Origin: Parasitella parasitica NRRL 2501
Lineage: Eukaryota > Fungi > Mucoromycota
Length of the DNA stretch: 64,000 nt
Direction of reading: 5' to 3'
Assembly (NCBI GenBank): GCA_025201805.1
Contig: MU619261.1
Location: 146,445-210,444 of the forward strand
Part shown: positions 39,885-57,078 of the stretch, piece by piece
Position numbering within the stretch: position 1 is the first letter of the stretch
Layout of the letters: each line of letters opens with the position of its first letter
Notes under the pieces: model-generated
Seen by the model: only the letters and a program-made list of their open reading frames with translations
Databases searched by the model: none
Told to the model about the DNA's origin: nothing
Made by a program: the position numbers and the translations under genes

Positions 39885-40414
39885 ATCATGCATTACGCCA
39901 TGAGAGCAATTCGCTCTTTTTTTTTTTTTTTTTGATATTAATCTCCAAACAATAATTGAACCATCTGCTGCGCCTTTTTCAAACTGTTACATTTATACAG
40001 GTTGAATATGCGGTGTTTGTATCTTTGATCTCAACTAACATGAGATAATGAAGATGATGACAGATTTTCAAACATTATCATTCTTCTTTCGTTTGATTCG
40101 ATTAAGAGATGCAGCGGTTTAGTCTTCTTTTATCATGAAATTTAAAGTTGCTACGGCAATATATGTTTACATCTAATTGTATAAATTTCAAACAAATTCT
40201 TTGCGAAAACTATCTAGTAATCTGTGATTGATGAAACAAAAAAAAGTACAAGTTTATACGTCTAATATGGTAATGGTAATGGCAATGCTGTATGTATGAC
40301 AATAGTAGCTTTTGTTCCCTAATAACTTCTGCTAATAACACCACCGCCTATCCAAGACCAGGCATACTTATTTTTAACGTATCCTGGAGTCAGCTTCATC
40401 TGATAATATTATCT

Positions 40415-40610
40415 GACACCTGTGCGTTAACGGTTGACTACAGAAAACAAACCAAGTCATGTTCCATGCTTGTATGATACCGCCGTGATCCGGGCTAACT
40501 GATATACACTTTGCTTCCACTGTGACGAATATATCGAGGCTTATGTGGACTAACAGTTGCTCTTTGACTGAAATAATAACAATGAGGAAAGTTCTCTTTT
40601 GTAGTATACT
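40415..40610 (-). repeat. Dispersed repeat copy 1, inverted relative to 46945-47175
   Basis: GAAAACAAACCAAGTCATGTTCCATGCTTG...CCGCCGTGATCCGGGCTAACTGA...GGCTTATGTG...TTTGACTGAAA aligns to the reverse complement of 46945-47175. Confidence 0.8.
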
Positions 40611-41161
40611 TATAAAAAAAATCATAGGCTACCAATATTTTGGGAAAGATATTTTCTCAATTTCTTAAACATGCACAGTTCTTTCGTATTTTAAACTATT
40701 CCTGGGTTTGAGAAATTGTATTTTTCGTCCACTTTGCCCTATGGGCGATTTTTTATCATCAAATAGTAAGTGCGAGTTCTGGGGAGACCTTTCAGTGCAT
40801 CTCTGAGTACTTTATTTAGTTAAATAATGTGAAAATTAAGGATCTACAGTTGTGTGAGTCAAAGGTATGAGTGTAGATAGAGGACCTTGAACGAAACTTT
40901 TCTAGATGGATGGCTAGACAAACAAATGTCTATATAAGCTTTATGATGGGTTTGTATATATTTTTATAGTCATTATCGCATAGCTAATTTGTCAAAAATT
41001 TTGAGGACGTAAAGTATACATTTGCAATTGTATTCAAGTTCGTATTTTGAGTTATCTCTACATATTCAGATACATTTAGCAAGTGGAAAAGTGACTAGCC
41101 TCCCCACATACAAGTATTTATACCCTTCCCCCGCAATGTTGGTATTCTTTGAATTTTAACC

Positions 41162-42011
41162 ATGTCTAACCCCATCGAACAAGGAAAGAAGTTAGCAGCT
41201 TATCGAGCTGTTGATGAATACATCACTGCCGCCCACAAAGTAGTAGGAATTGGATCTGGATCTACCGTCGTATATGTTGTTGAACGTATTTTGCAAAAGC
41301 CTGAGCTCAAGCATATTGTTTATGTTCCTACTTCTTTCCAATCCAAGTTGCTCATTTTAGAGGGTGGTCTCACATTGGGTAGCGCTGAACAGTATCAAGA
41401 GATTGATGTTACAATTGACGGTGCAGATGAAGTTGACGAGGATTTGAATGCCATCAAGGGAGGTGGAGCATGCCAATTCCAGGAGAAAGTGGTCGCAGAA
41501 GCCGCTAAACAGTTTGTCATCGTAGCAGGTGATGTTTTATGCAACTAAAATTTATGGAACAAATCAATTAGGGCTAATGATACAAATCTAAAAACCATAG
41601 ACTATAGAAAAAAGAGTAAGAAGCTCGGAACAGAATGGGTCAAGGGAGTTCCTATTGAAGTTGTGCCCATGACATACAAATCTGTCATGAAATCAATTGA
41701 TGCTAAGCTTTCATTCAAGCCTATTTCTTCCAAGCTTCGTATGGTAAAGTGTTGATAATACGGAATGAAATACATAAATGAGATGCTCAATACAAATGTA
41801 ATGGTAGGCTGTGAACAAAGCTGGCCCCGTTGTTACTGACAACGGTAATTTTGTCATTGATACACATTTCGGTGCTCTTGAGGATCCAGCAAAATTATTG
41901 AAAGAACTCAAATTGCTGACTGGTGTATATGAGGTTGGCTTGTTTTGCAACATGGCTGAGAAGGCATATTTCGGAGAGGAAGATGGATCCGTGAGCGTTT
42001 TGTCAAAATAA
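41162..42011 (+). CDS. RKI1: Ribose-5-phosphate isomerase A (exons 41162-41528, 41601-41743, 41808-42011)
   Basis: [54 protein letters not shown]. Confidence 0.98.
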
Positions 42012-42137
42012 CTGAATAAATCCATCAAAGACTTTCAAAACGATGTTGCCTAGCAACAAATACAACATATATTGTCTCAATATTCTTCTATTTATTGTAT
42101 GATATCCGTTTGGTAACTTCCACGCATTCCACAAACT

Positions 42138-42197
42138 NNNNNNNNNNNNNNNNNNNNNNNNNNNNNNNNNNNNNNNNNNNNNNNNNNNNNNNNNNNN
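42138..42197. other. Assembly gap (60 N)
   Basis: Run of N. Confidence 1.
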
Positions 42198-42487
42198 ACC
42201 TCACTTCGAGGGTATTTTTTTTTACAAAAAAAAAAAAAGGAGACACAAAATCACAAAAATCTTCAAGTTTCTGCTTTAAATATTTTTAATAAAAAAATGA
42301 TATAATTGAAAGGGCTAGTTTGATAACTGTACAAAGAATGGACAAATAAACCCTTCATTATATAATACAATGGAAATTCATAAAAAGAACTAATAAATTT
42401 GCTGAAAAAAATTGATGGGGCGAGGGTGGGTAATAAAAAAATTCAAGTAATAAAGAGGGTAAAAAAAAAAAAGCTTATGCAAAGCGC

Positions 42488-43381
42488 TTATGCCTTACCA
42501 GCTTTCTTAGCAACGGTCTTCTTGGTTGCAGCAGGCTTCTTAGCGGGGGTAGCAGCCTTCTTAGTAGAAGTAGCAGCCTTCTTTTTAGGGGCCTTGACGC
42601 CAGCCTTTTCAACGATAGTAACCTTTTTCTTGGGAGTAGTAGCTTTCTTTGCTGGGGCAGCAGTCTTTTTTGCAGGAGCAGCAGCCTTCTTGGGAGCAGC
42701 AGCTTTCTTAGTGGCAACAGCCTTCTTTGGGGCAGCAGCCTTCGTTGTAGTAGCAGCCTTCTTGGGAGCAGCGGCCTTCTTAGGGGTAGCAGCCTTCTTT
42801 GTAGTAGCAGCCTTTTTGGGAGCAACAGCCTTCTTAGCAGCAGCCTTTTTAGGAGCGGCGGGTTTCTTATCACCAGCCTTCTTCTCGGTTTTTGTCAACT
42901 TTACAGTGCCAGAAAGACCTGATTGTGATAAATCATCGTGAAATGAGTAACAATGCAAATGATTTATGCCAACCCGCTTTACTGTCATTTGTTGGTATTA
43001 AATGTTTACCTTTAGGAAGATTGAATAAGTTTTTGGCTTGACCACGCTTGATAGCAGCAGCAATTTGAGAATCGAAATGAGAGCCAGCAACGACCTTGTA
43101 GTTGGCTAAAATGTACTTCTTGATAGCAGGTCTTGACGAGCCTTTTCTTTCCTTCAAAGCAATAATAGCATCTGCGAGTAGTTTCATACTTAAATACCTT
43201 TTACCAATAATCAATTGCACATCCTACTTACTTTGGATCATTGCTTCATACTAAGATCAAAAAAAAAAAACAAAAAAGAAAAGTTAAATCGCATTCACTC
43301 TCATGATGAATGTGTACTTACGGTGGGATGGTCTGTCTTCTTGGCAGGGGTTGTCTTCTTTGTAGCGGCGGCAGCGACCAT
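42488..43381 (-). CDS. HHO1: Linker histone H1 (4 exons including a 19-nt exon 43250-43232)
   Basis: HPT|YEAMIQ|NAIIALKERKGSSRPAIKKYI...PK|GLSGTVKL globular domain, followed by a K/A/P-rich tail. Confidence 0.96.
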
Positions 43382-43480
43382 ATTTTATAAAGTGATAAGT
43401 TAGTTTTGCTTAAAAAGTTCGATGATGAAAAGAGAAAAGCAGAAGAAAGAGATTTCCTATGTCTTCAAAAGTTGCGCCCT

Positions 43481-43530
43481 TTTTATACTGGATTTGCTGG
43501 CCGAAGTTGAGATGGTGAAATGAGCCAATC
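43481..43530 (-). promoter_or_regulatory. Putative H1 core promoter (TATAAAA and CCAAT box)
   Basis: Minus-strand GTATAAAA at 43488-43481, about 100 nt upstream of the ATG, and AGCCAATC at 43523-43530. Confidence 0.45.
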
Positions 43531-44716
43531 AGTCGACATGCTTAATTTTTTTTGTTAAAAAAAAAAAAAAAAAAAAGGCAAAGAAAAAAATGCCATTAGA
43601 ATTATTGTATAAAGTGGCCATTATTTGCAATCAAGTATATGATAGTATTCTTGAGAGGCTACTCTATTAGAATTACTGTTTAAATTGTTTTATTTTACAG
43701 AGATTTCAGGCAAAATGCGATGAGATAAAACGAAATCATTTTTGGTCATGTTTTTCGCCTTTTGATTCTCCTTATTTCTAAAACATCTTTGAGGGAAAAC
43801 ATAGACAAGAGGTTTTCTATACCACTTGATGCGTATATTGTTTAAATACTATCGTTATGAGGAACGAAGATAGCTATGGACTCATTGTATTAACACTGAC
43901 CTGAAGGATGTTATAGAAGTGTAAGTTGTTTTGTTTTAGATGCAAATCGTCATGTTAAAATGAATCCTTTTCCCAAAAATACGCCTGAATTCATCGCATA
44001 GAAACATGAATAAATTTTCTACAGTAAGCACTTAATGTATGAGGAAATTTACACTAACTTGGACTATTTATACAACCAGAAGCCATTTGCGAACATACAT
44101 CCTAAGTTGAAGATTTAATAATATGTGTGGGTAAAAATCCGCAAATAAAAAGAGCTTTCGGATAATCTAGATGCTAATCTTCGGATGTCTCTTGAGAGAG
44201 CAGTGATCAAAAATAAAACATGAAGACTTAGATACGTATATACCCAGAGGTAATAAATTCATGCACGATTATTTTTTCTTGTTTGCTACTCATTTCTTGA
44301 CAAAGATTGCTTACATTCTAAATAATTTAGTCCCCAAAACAACAGGAAAAAAAAAGTGTTGCGATACCATTGTTTTTTAAAAGAAGCCGTTTGCCATCTA
44401 CAAAAAAAGTTGGTTCAAAGTATATGATTTCTGGTATCATTTTATAGCTCTTGAGTTGCAGATCACAACCATGCTAATAAAAAGGCCTCATACTATTTTG
44501 TTTTCTCGTCAAATTCACAAAACACAAAGAGGGGGTAGGCTCGGTAAGTGTTTCCACAAAACAAAAAAAAGACAAAAAAAAAGACCGCATGCAAAATCAT
44601 TTACTGTATTCAATGAATGTGGCACTTTCTTCAATGCAATGAATAATTAGGCTCGTATATTTCTTATGAGCATATTGGTTTGGACAAGATTTATTAGTTT
44701 AATTAATTATCAAAGC

Positions 44717-44755
<39 letters not shown>

Positions 44756-44765
44756 NNNNNNNNNN
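44756..44765. other. Assembly gap (10 N) after poly-T
   Basis: Run of N. Confidence 1.
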
Positions 44766-46944
44766 TGCTGCATGAAAAGGATGCTGATCTAAACCTCGAA
44801 ATGATTTTCAATCAACATGTATTCAACAGCAACATATGATCCTTCCAACTAAAATTACCCACATAGACAGCCGCTGAGCTTGCTTCAGTGATTGTTCATG
44901 CGCATGAAATCGCCCAAAAACGTATAATAATAATATTATTGCTACTCATCTTATCAGGTGCTCAGATCTAAGAGAGAAAACAAAACCTGACATGACAATG
45001 CCCTTTTTGCTTTATATCGAGTAGTAGATGTGGAAGCTACTGTACAAAGGCCTATCTAGATGTAAATGTAGATTGGTAAAAGACTACTGTTAGAAACTGA
45101 TCAATTTTGTTCAGTTAATACTTGCTTCTCAATTCGACAAACTTGATTAGAGCGCATATCGTTCTCCTTTTCATAATGCCAAAATGTCTCCCTACAGTAG
45201 AGCAGCTATTAACGTAACTTTCCATAACACATTGGTTGAATTTCACTATGCAATACAAGTTTTTTTGGGGAAAACATTGCCTTTTTTTATTAAAAAAAAA
45301 AAAAAAAAAAAAAAAGGCTGGAAAGTGGGATGAGGTCGAAAATGCATTGTACTGGATAGAAAGAACGGTTACATCAAGCAGCTATCAAAGGGTTTAAATG
45401 TAATCCTTGATAATAGCAACTGAAAACCCAACATTGGATTTATGTATCTCCATCAAATGCAATGCCTTCGTGATATTTTTTATAAACACAAACCATCTTA
45501 TGTAATTCGAATATCAGGTTTCAAGTGGTGCAAAACGAAGAAGAAATTTCCCACCCAACTTTATTTGCCATGTTTTGAGGTAGCAAGGTGGCATATGATG
45601 ATAATTTCATGAAAGGATGATACGGTAGATACCCAACAAATTTAGTTATTATATGTCAACCAAATGGATGCACAAGCATGTCAGGAACTTAATTACAAAA
45701 TGCCAAATCGCACATCTTGATCTAATTGTTAGCAATCGAATCTATTTGTCTGATAATCCTGCCAATGGTCATGATGAAGAAGTGATGTAATCTTTATGGT
45801 ACTAAGGTGTACCGTTCCATTGTCATAAAAGTCTACATTCAACGTGCGCCTTGTTCAATGCTTTTTAATATGCAACCCTTCATTCAAAGGAACTAAGGCA
45901 TCTGTCCGTTGTAATTATTCGATTATTTTAACGATTCATGTTACACTCGGCACAACTAATTCTGCTCTGGCTTCAATGATATATGTTGTCGATAGTTCAG
46001 TGTCAAACTAACTCTAGCGAGCAAGAGAAATAATCCGTCAGACACACTGTTAATTTAAGAGTTTGCATTATTAAATGAACTTGAGACATAGCTAAAAGAG
46101 AGGCTAGTAAACTGTTCACACTAATTAATGCTACTATAATGCTTTCTTACCCACCCACCATTTCTTTAATTGGGTATGATGTGATGTGCAAAGGTAAATA
46201 TCAATGCAGATAGATAAAGAATTACTGGCTTTGGCAACCTGATTTTTAGGGTTTACAATCAATGTCTTTACATATAAACGCATCGTAGCGCTTCATATCA
46301 TTTTATAGGGGGGACTTCTTTCATGTCTACATCAGTCGTGGCACTCTGCGCGGCTAAACTATAAAATATAGTCAGAACATGCCATCAGATCATATTTTAT
46401 TTATGATTAGTTATCTCTTCTTGTGATGATGATATGCTCTCAAAACAATTGTGGGATAATACGTAAGATATACCGCTTCCCAATATCCAACGCGCTAGAA
46501 AATGTAATGGATGTCATAAGACCCGGTACCTTTTATATTCCAAGTGTCTCTTATGTAATAATATCTTATTGTACGCCAATTATACCAATAATGCCAATAT
46601 TTACCCTTAATATTAACAATTTTCACGCTAATCCTTATCACACTCGAAAATGCTTTAGATTTAGCTAAATGTCACAGTAAAAAAGCTATTAGCTTACTGT
46701 AACAAAATATCAAATTTAGGCACAGTTTAATATTGAAAAACCGCGTTGATAAGGATTGTTTTTCGCATAATTTCATCAGCATTGAGCATTGACAGCATAT
46801 GTGCAAGAAATCGAAAAAATATCTCTCGCTATTATTACAAAAAATGGTAAAGTAGTAAACAAAAGTAGCCTGCGAATTTATTTGTAAGAATACTTTGTTG
46901 CAAAAGAGATTCAGCACAAAAGGTGGTATATCATGGCAAGAAAA

Positions 46945-47175
46945 CAAATTTTCTTTGATTGTTATTTTTTCAGTCAAAAAGCAATTGCTTTTACACATAA
47001 GCCTTGATATATGCATCACCCAGTGAAAACAAAGTTTATGTCAGTTAGCCCTGATCATGGCGGTACTAGGCAAGCATAGAATATGACTTGGTTTGTTCTC
47101 AATAATGCAAAAGTACAGGTGTTTATGTGCATTTTTTGTATGAAAGTTGATGGTTTCTGTAGCCAACTGTTATAG
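46945..47175 (+). repeat. Dispersed repeat copy 2 (homolog of 40415-40610)
   Basis: TCAGTTAGCCCTGATCATGGCGG...CAAGCATAGAATATGACTTGGTTTGTTCTC and TTTCTGTAGCCAAC match copy 1 in inverted orientation. Confidence 0.8.
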
Positions 47176-48574
47176 GCATAAAGCCGCAAGGCCTTACATC
47201 AGGGTCTCACATCAGTCCCAGGATCCTACAGTAAACCATGGGTAGTCATGATTTACACTTTGCATTTAGACAGTAGAACCCTAGCTTAATGAATGTGTAG
47301 ATAATACATTGAGGGAGATATTACGAATAAAAGAGTAATTTTTTGGCTATTGATACCTTTTACAACTACATAAATTTATGGTGGCTCATTTAGATTACTA
47401 ATCGAGAAAGCTGATTCCTAATAACAATCTACTTGACAGGGCATAGTTTATGGTTATACAAAATGAGCTTCTTTTGTTTGTTCTGACAGTGCCCTCTATC
47501 CTTTGGTGCACAGACCTGTGCTACAGGGACAACCATCTAGATTTGAAACAAGATTTATTCTCCCGTTTACACAAGCGTATAATAACAATTCATTGGACAA
47601 TCTTCAATTGAAGTGCATTCCCATGATCTTCTATCTATAATCTTGTCAGATCGGTCTCGAATTAAAGATCCATTTGTCTACTCATAACTTCTACTAAAAT
47701 GGTCGTGGAACCGCGATCTAACTTGGAAAACGTAGCTATCTGGCACAAATATTGGTATCAATGTTATTTTAAAAAGTTATTAGCAAAAAATACAAGTTTC
47801 ATATCAACATTGTTTCTAATAGTAGACATCACTTTATTCAAATTGAATAATAGAAGAATCACCGAAGACATTTAACGGCATTTAATATAATTAGATGATC
47901 CGATCTATGAAGAACAGTGGTTGTCATGACTACGTAGTCAAAATAATAATGGTAACACTTCTATTCTATAGGTACAAGAAATAATACTGAAAATCACTAG
48001 CTGCTGTTAGAATAGTGAAAAGAACTTGTGGAGGTTTCGATATCAATCCATCAAATGTTGCTAATTCATATTAAATTCAAGTATTTATTGAATGAAAATG
48101 ACTCTAAAAAACTTTTTGATTAGCATTGTGTTTGGTGAAGCAGCAAGCTGCCAGCGTATCCCCCATTAGAACAAGTATCGAAGAAAAAAATCATCTAGCG
48201 AAGCAAAGGTCGAGTTTTTTATCCCATAGTCGGGGGGGGGGTAGAGATAGCTAGTATTTCTTACATAATATTGGACATTTTGAATAAACAATTTTACCAT
48301 TAGTGAAAATATGAAAAAATGCATTCTTTTGACTTTAAACATCAATAAAATCATATATTTGAAGAGCCAAAAATATTTCTTTTTGTTGTACTCAAACATG
48401 TTATAGAGAGCCAAAAGAGAAATACAACATCACTTTGATATGATTAAAGCCATTTACCAGCACACAAACAGCGGAGAGTTAACAGGCTCCACTCAGCAAA
48501 CCCTCTGACTAAAATACTCGAACGAAGAAAATATTTTTTTAGCTTTCCTTTTTACTTTCAAGATATAGAAAATT

Positions 48575-52141
<3,567 letters not shown>

Positions 52142-52441
52142 AGAAACTGTATTGGTATACTTCTTCACACTTGTTTCTTCATCTCACCCATACACACACA
52201 AACACACACTACATCTCTTTATCTCCTTGGTCTCCCCTCCCTCGCCCACATTACAGAGGCTGCGAAATACAAGATGGAATTCGCTAAGAATGTCAAGAGA
52301 TACAGAACGTTGCACATCTTTCAAGCTATTTACTTTCTTTGCAGTTGAACAATCAGTAAAGTTGTAAAACGTTACCTCATTTTGAAGTAATAAAGTAGCT
52401 AAAAATTCTAATAAAGTATGTTTGTTGTTTAATGAATTTGT

Positions 52442-54109
52442 CTATGGGTAAGATGATTGCTGATGTGCTGTTCGCTTCAAAGTTCCCCGTACCTGTGCCA
52501 TAAAGTACACGCTGACAAACATAGCTACAGAAAGACTCAGCATTGGCACGCGCATTGAGAATTTATACGACATGTCTTCACTCCATCCCATCACTGCGAC
52601 AAGAAATACGCCTCCCATATTCCCGACTGTAAATAAATAGCCTGTAGGTATGATCTCACTGATGGGATAAAACAATTCACTAGCAAATTGGAAAAATGCG
52701 GGCGCAATAGCTGTAATATTGGAAAAAAAAAAATCAGGTTAGATGTTTACATATCAAATAGCTGCATAAAATGCCACTTGCCGTATGAAGATAGACCAAA
52801 GCACAAACAAGAGACAATGACGCCTGCTAAAAATCCAAATTCGCAAGACAGGTACAGACATAATACACTCACAGCTGTCAAAATAGATAAACTTGTGCAC
52901 ACTCGCCTGTATTTTAGGGTCTGATCCAGATAGAACCCAACAGCAATGCTTGCCGGGAACCCCACAAACAGCATAGTAGCCCCTAGTAACCCCACCAGTT
53001 TCTCATCTATAAAGTGCTTGAATGGTGGGATCAAAATCTGGGCTAGTAATGTGATAATAGCACATTGGGCACCCATGATGATACAGTATGATCCCAACAT
53101 GTACAAGAACTTTTTCTCCTTCCATAATATGAATGACTGATCTGCAGAATCCACCTCATGCACCATGCTATACACGTATTGCCACGATTAGTTGTATATA
53201 CCTGTGTCAAACTTGCTATCACTAATTACCTTTTCCAGTAGGGCGGTGGTTTTCGAAAGGAAAACCAAATCAAGAACAAAACAACTAAACACATGATGAA
53301 CTAAGAAAACATAAATCATGTGTCAAACTAAATGTTTCCGATGTCTATACGGACCTGTATCAACAGTAGGTTGGGTATATCTGTATCTCGAGTTGCTTGT
53401 TTAACGACGAGGGGCGTCAAGGCACAGCCAGCTGCGATACCTAAATTGTTTGCAGATACAGCAATTGAAGTTGCTAGATTAATCTCATTTTCTGGGAACC
53501 AGGCAACGGCCAATTGAGGAGGTATAGACAACATAAACACTTGCGCTACACAAATAACAAATGTTAGATGATGCACAGTTATAATTTAATGACATACATT
53601 ACCAATTGCCGCTATCGTTTGTCCCAGAAACAAAACTGCAAAGCCATACATGGACGGAATTGCTCCGAGCCATCGAATACCACCAGCAATGGCATTCAAA
53701 CAGGCTCCAACAAATATACCTCGTCTTAGCCCATTTCCTGGTAAGCCGCGTGCCCGATCTTCAAAGTATCTAAATGTAAACTGAATGGCAAAAGGATAAA
53801 TCATCATGTAAACTGACGACAATGAGTTGATGGCATTTGTAGTTGCAGTGCTTTCCTGCTGAAAGTAATATTGAACAAAGATGTATAGACAAGGCGCAAA
53901 AGTGATCCACCTACGAAATTGTTTAGTGATTTTTATGGTCATGGCAACATATTTTTGATTTTTACAAACATGAGCGCACTGGAGAACGAGAAAAATGAAA
54001 AGGAAAATAAAACAAGCCATCGCCAGCTCTCATTTCTGCTGATTGCAGCAGTGGTGGAAGGAGAAAGTAGTGTATCGTATTCTTGCAGAGATTGCCTCTG
54101 TAAAGACAT
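52442..54109 (-). CDS. MFS transporter, FLVCR/SLC49-like (multi-exon)
   Basis: RWLVLFSFSFFSFSSALM|WITFAP, GQTIAAIAQVF...PPQLAVAWFPENEINLATSIAVSANNLG, ELFYPISE. About 12 hydrophobic segments. Confidence 0.92.
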
Positions 54110-54734
54110 GCTGTATTTTATTGTCAATGTAAAAAGAGTGAAAGAGAGAGAATAATGTAGAAAACGCAGTTAAACATCTATTATTTATTTCAAATTCATG
54201 CCGTCAACGCTCCAATGATTGGGAGATATTTTCAAGATCTCAGGGGCCATTAATTTCAAATCTGTACCTGCGTTCAGCATTCTGACTTACCCAAGAGCGA
54301 TTATACTTTTGCCAAGATTACTTGCACGAAAACAACATGCATCTCTCTAACTGTATGTGAAACTTTTTTCTTGATGTTTTTTCATACATGAAACAAAATA
54401 CATGTAGCTAAAAAAAAAAAATTGTGCTCTATACCGTGCTACTAAAAAAATACCATGGTATTTTACCATTTAGTTTTTTTAAATTGTGATATAAATCATA
54501 AAAATATTCGCTCTTTAGACGAGTTACAAGTGGTTAATATAGTTTAATTTCTTGGTGTTATCTGATTCGTATGTTATAATATACGTTGGATAAAATCGTT
54601 AATTCTAGGTCGAAAGAAATTTCTCGAAACAATTTCTTGAGACCGTCAGAACAAAGTAGAAAATGTTATTATGCTAATCCAGAGTAAAAGAATCAAGAAC
54701 ATCAAAAAAAATTTCACTAAGAAGACCTGAGAGA

Positions 54735-56622
54735 ACCGTAGACGTGAAATCGATTTAGTCCATATGGATACGGTGGTAGAGGTTACGGAAGGTATCAGCA
54801 GAAGTTTAGTTACCAAGAGTCACTATATCGTCGACAGGAACACCTTGATGCCGAAGCCCTAGATGATGCCAACGAGCGGATAGATACCCGAGATTCAGAG
54901 GTAGACATAAACTCACGATGAAGCTAGGATGATAGAGCACTAGCCGAGATAGGTTGACGGATGTTGTGGATTTTGGATGAATAATTGAGAGTTTGCAGGT
55001 CCAGTTTGAAGATCAGGATGATCACGCAAAACCACAAACGCTTTCACAGGACACAATTTTAAATTACTGGCATGAGGATGAATAATGAATGGCTTGATGA
55101 TACCCCGCTTCTTTCTGGTTTCTTTGGAAGAGACTCCCTTTAAAGAAGTACGTACCAGATCCGAAGACCGAGGAAATGCGGTCATAGCCAAAACGAAAGC
55201 CAGTTTCTGTTGCAATAGCTTCACCCTAGTACTAGGTCTAGACGAGATAGAACAAGCATACTCTAATGTTGGAGACATATCCTCGGGGTCACGATTAATA
55301 GACGCTGGAGAAGCCTGCCTAGACAAAGAGACCAGATGAGAATTTACCAAGGAGTCTTTACTAATGTTGTCAAGTATATCACGTAGGTGAGATGAGCCAC
55401 CGCTGCGTGAGCCATTTTTAGAATAGAGACCCACAGATTTTGAACTTGGCGAATTGCGGCCAAGAAATTGACCAAATCCGAACGAGAGAAAGTCGTGAAG
55501 GTGTGCCACTCTGTATCGCCCTGGCGAGAAAACAATGCTGATTCTTGCGATAAAGACTGCTACTGTTGTTTGCCAATTTCTGCGCCAAAAATTCCTCGAT
55601 AGCTTGTTCATTGAGGTTTGTCTTTGCATGTTTATCTCTAATAATTGCCACACGGAGAGCATCTAATTCTGTTGTAGTAACGCGTGTTGTGTCCTGGGGG
55701 GGGATGTCGTTTGAACCGCCTGAGGGGGAAGCATCAGCGGGAGCGAAAGAGCCAGACGTTGAATCAGAGAGAACCAAAGCGCACTCGGCAAGTAAGGTAC
55801 CATCAGCATCACCAATGGGGAGCTTCTCCTGAAGAATCTTGTTTAGCACGCGAGGAATCAGATTCTATGGCGGATTTATGAAAGGCTTCTCAAGTCGTCC
55901 ACGGAAGAGTGAAGGCATCCGTGTGGATGGCATCCGGATCCGGCAGCCAGGACATTTACTTTCCTAATAGCTTGGTTGTTCTGTCAGCAAATAGATCGAT
56001 TGCAAAGAGGCCCCATATTCGTCTGAATCTTCTTGAATATGGACGGCTTGATGTGCCATTGGTGCTTGAAATAAGTGCGACGAGACTCCATATCTGCGAT
56101 TTTGTTGTAAATCCCATTGATATGCTGCGCTTGTATCATGATCTTGTGGTGGATGCACCGATCGGATTCCACCATGCTTGTTGATGTACGACAGACTCGT
56201 CGTATTGTCTGCACGGATCAGGATCGTTGAGTTCTCCCGGGATAGGGGAAGTCTTGAGCGCCAAGTGAGCCGCTTTGGAGCTCCCGATAATTGATTGATT
56301 GTTCTGCTTCCAGTAGCGTCCAGTAACCATGAGGCCAACCAGTATTGTTTGTATCCACAAACATTGTTTGCGCAGGTGTGGACGGGAGAAGGGACCAATC
56401 GTTCCATCTCTGGAGGTTGGAATACCACCATTTGAGTTCTTCCAAGTTCGCTGGATCTAAGGGCAGGGGTTGGTCCCAATTTGTTTCCATCTTCACCATT
56501 TGGTTCTTGTGATATATAAGAGATGACGGGTGTATAAGCGAGCCGGAAAGATAGCTTGTATTCGCATGGTTAAGCTGTGAATTACACGGGGTGTTTGTCT
56601 GGTTGGCTTGTCCGAGACCTGT
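54735..56622 (-). mobile_element. Degenerate DIRS-type (tyrosine recombinase) retrotransposon
   Basis: In order: RNase H (LEELKWW, MFVDTNNTGW, SINYREL, ILIRADNTTSLSYINKHGG, QHINGIYNKIADMESR), methyltransferase-like region (DLFADR, YVLAAGSG/PDP, DAF, LNKILQE), tyrosine recombinase (LQQKLAFVLAMTAFPRSSDL, KLCPVKAF, SIRSLASSR, GVPVDDIVTLGN). Many frameshifts. Confidence 0.9.
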
Positions 56623-57078
56623 TTAAAAATAATGTTTACTTTGTTTTGAAACTGAAAAGTGAAAGGCAATGATCAAACTTGCAAGAGATAATAGGTTTAA
56701 CCATTTAGAATTGTTACAGCCTCCTCCTCAAGCTGACCCCCCGTAATTTGATGAAAAAGGAACAACTATTTGTGTATTGATTCTTGATGTTCTTTGTCTC
56801 ACAGCCTCTGGTTGTATTAGTGTTGTGTAAATCACAGCATCTTAAACTAACAAAATATTCTTTAAATAATGTTAATTAGGTACATGTGAGACTCCTCAGT
56901 TTGTGTTGGTTCATTCCGCTAATTAATGTTGTGTTGCCACTTTTTTTTTTACCATAAGCGGTTTAAACCTCTATATTATATGATGCCATTACAGTTGAAC
57001 AATTTTCTTTATTATTTAGAAAATCTGGTATACGTATTTTATGGATTACACTGCAAAATATACATTTGTTAAAGACAT

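Noticed and set aside
42399-42941. 180-aa hydrophobic Ala/Phe/Leu-rich ORF on +, plus an Arg/Leu-rich alternative frame on -
   Set aside because: These are shadows of the repetitive KKAAAP tail of histone H1.
45400-45900. Possible MBOAT/wax-synthase pseudogene on - (STVSSFHEIIIICH...FFFVLH)
   Set aside because: Only one short motif is convincing; too degraded to call without an alignment.
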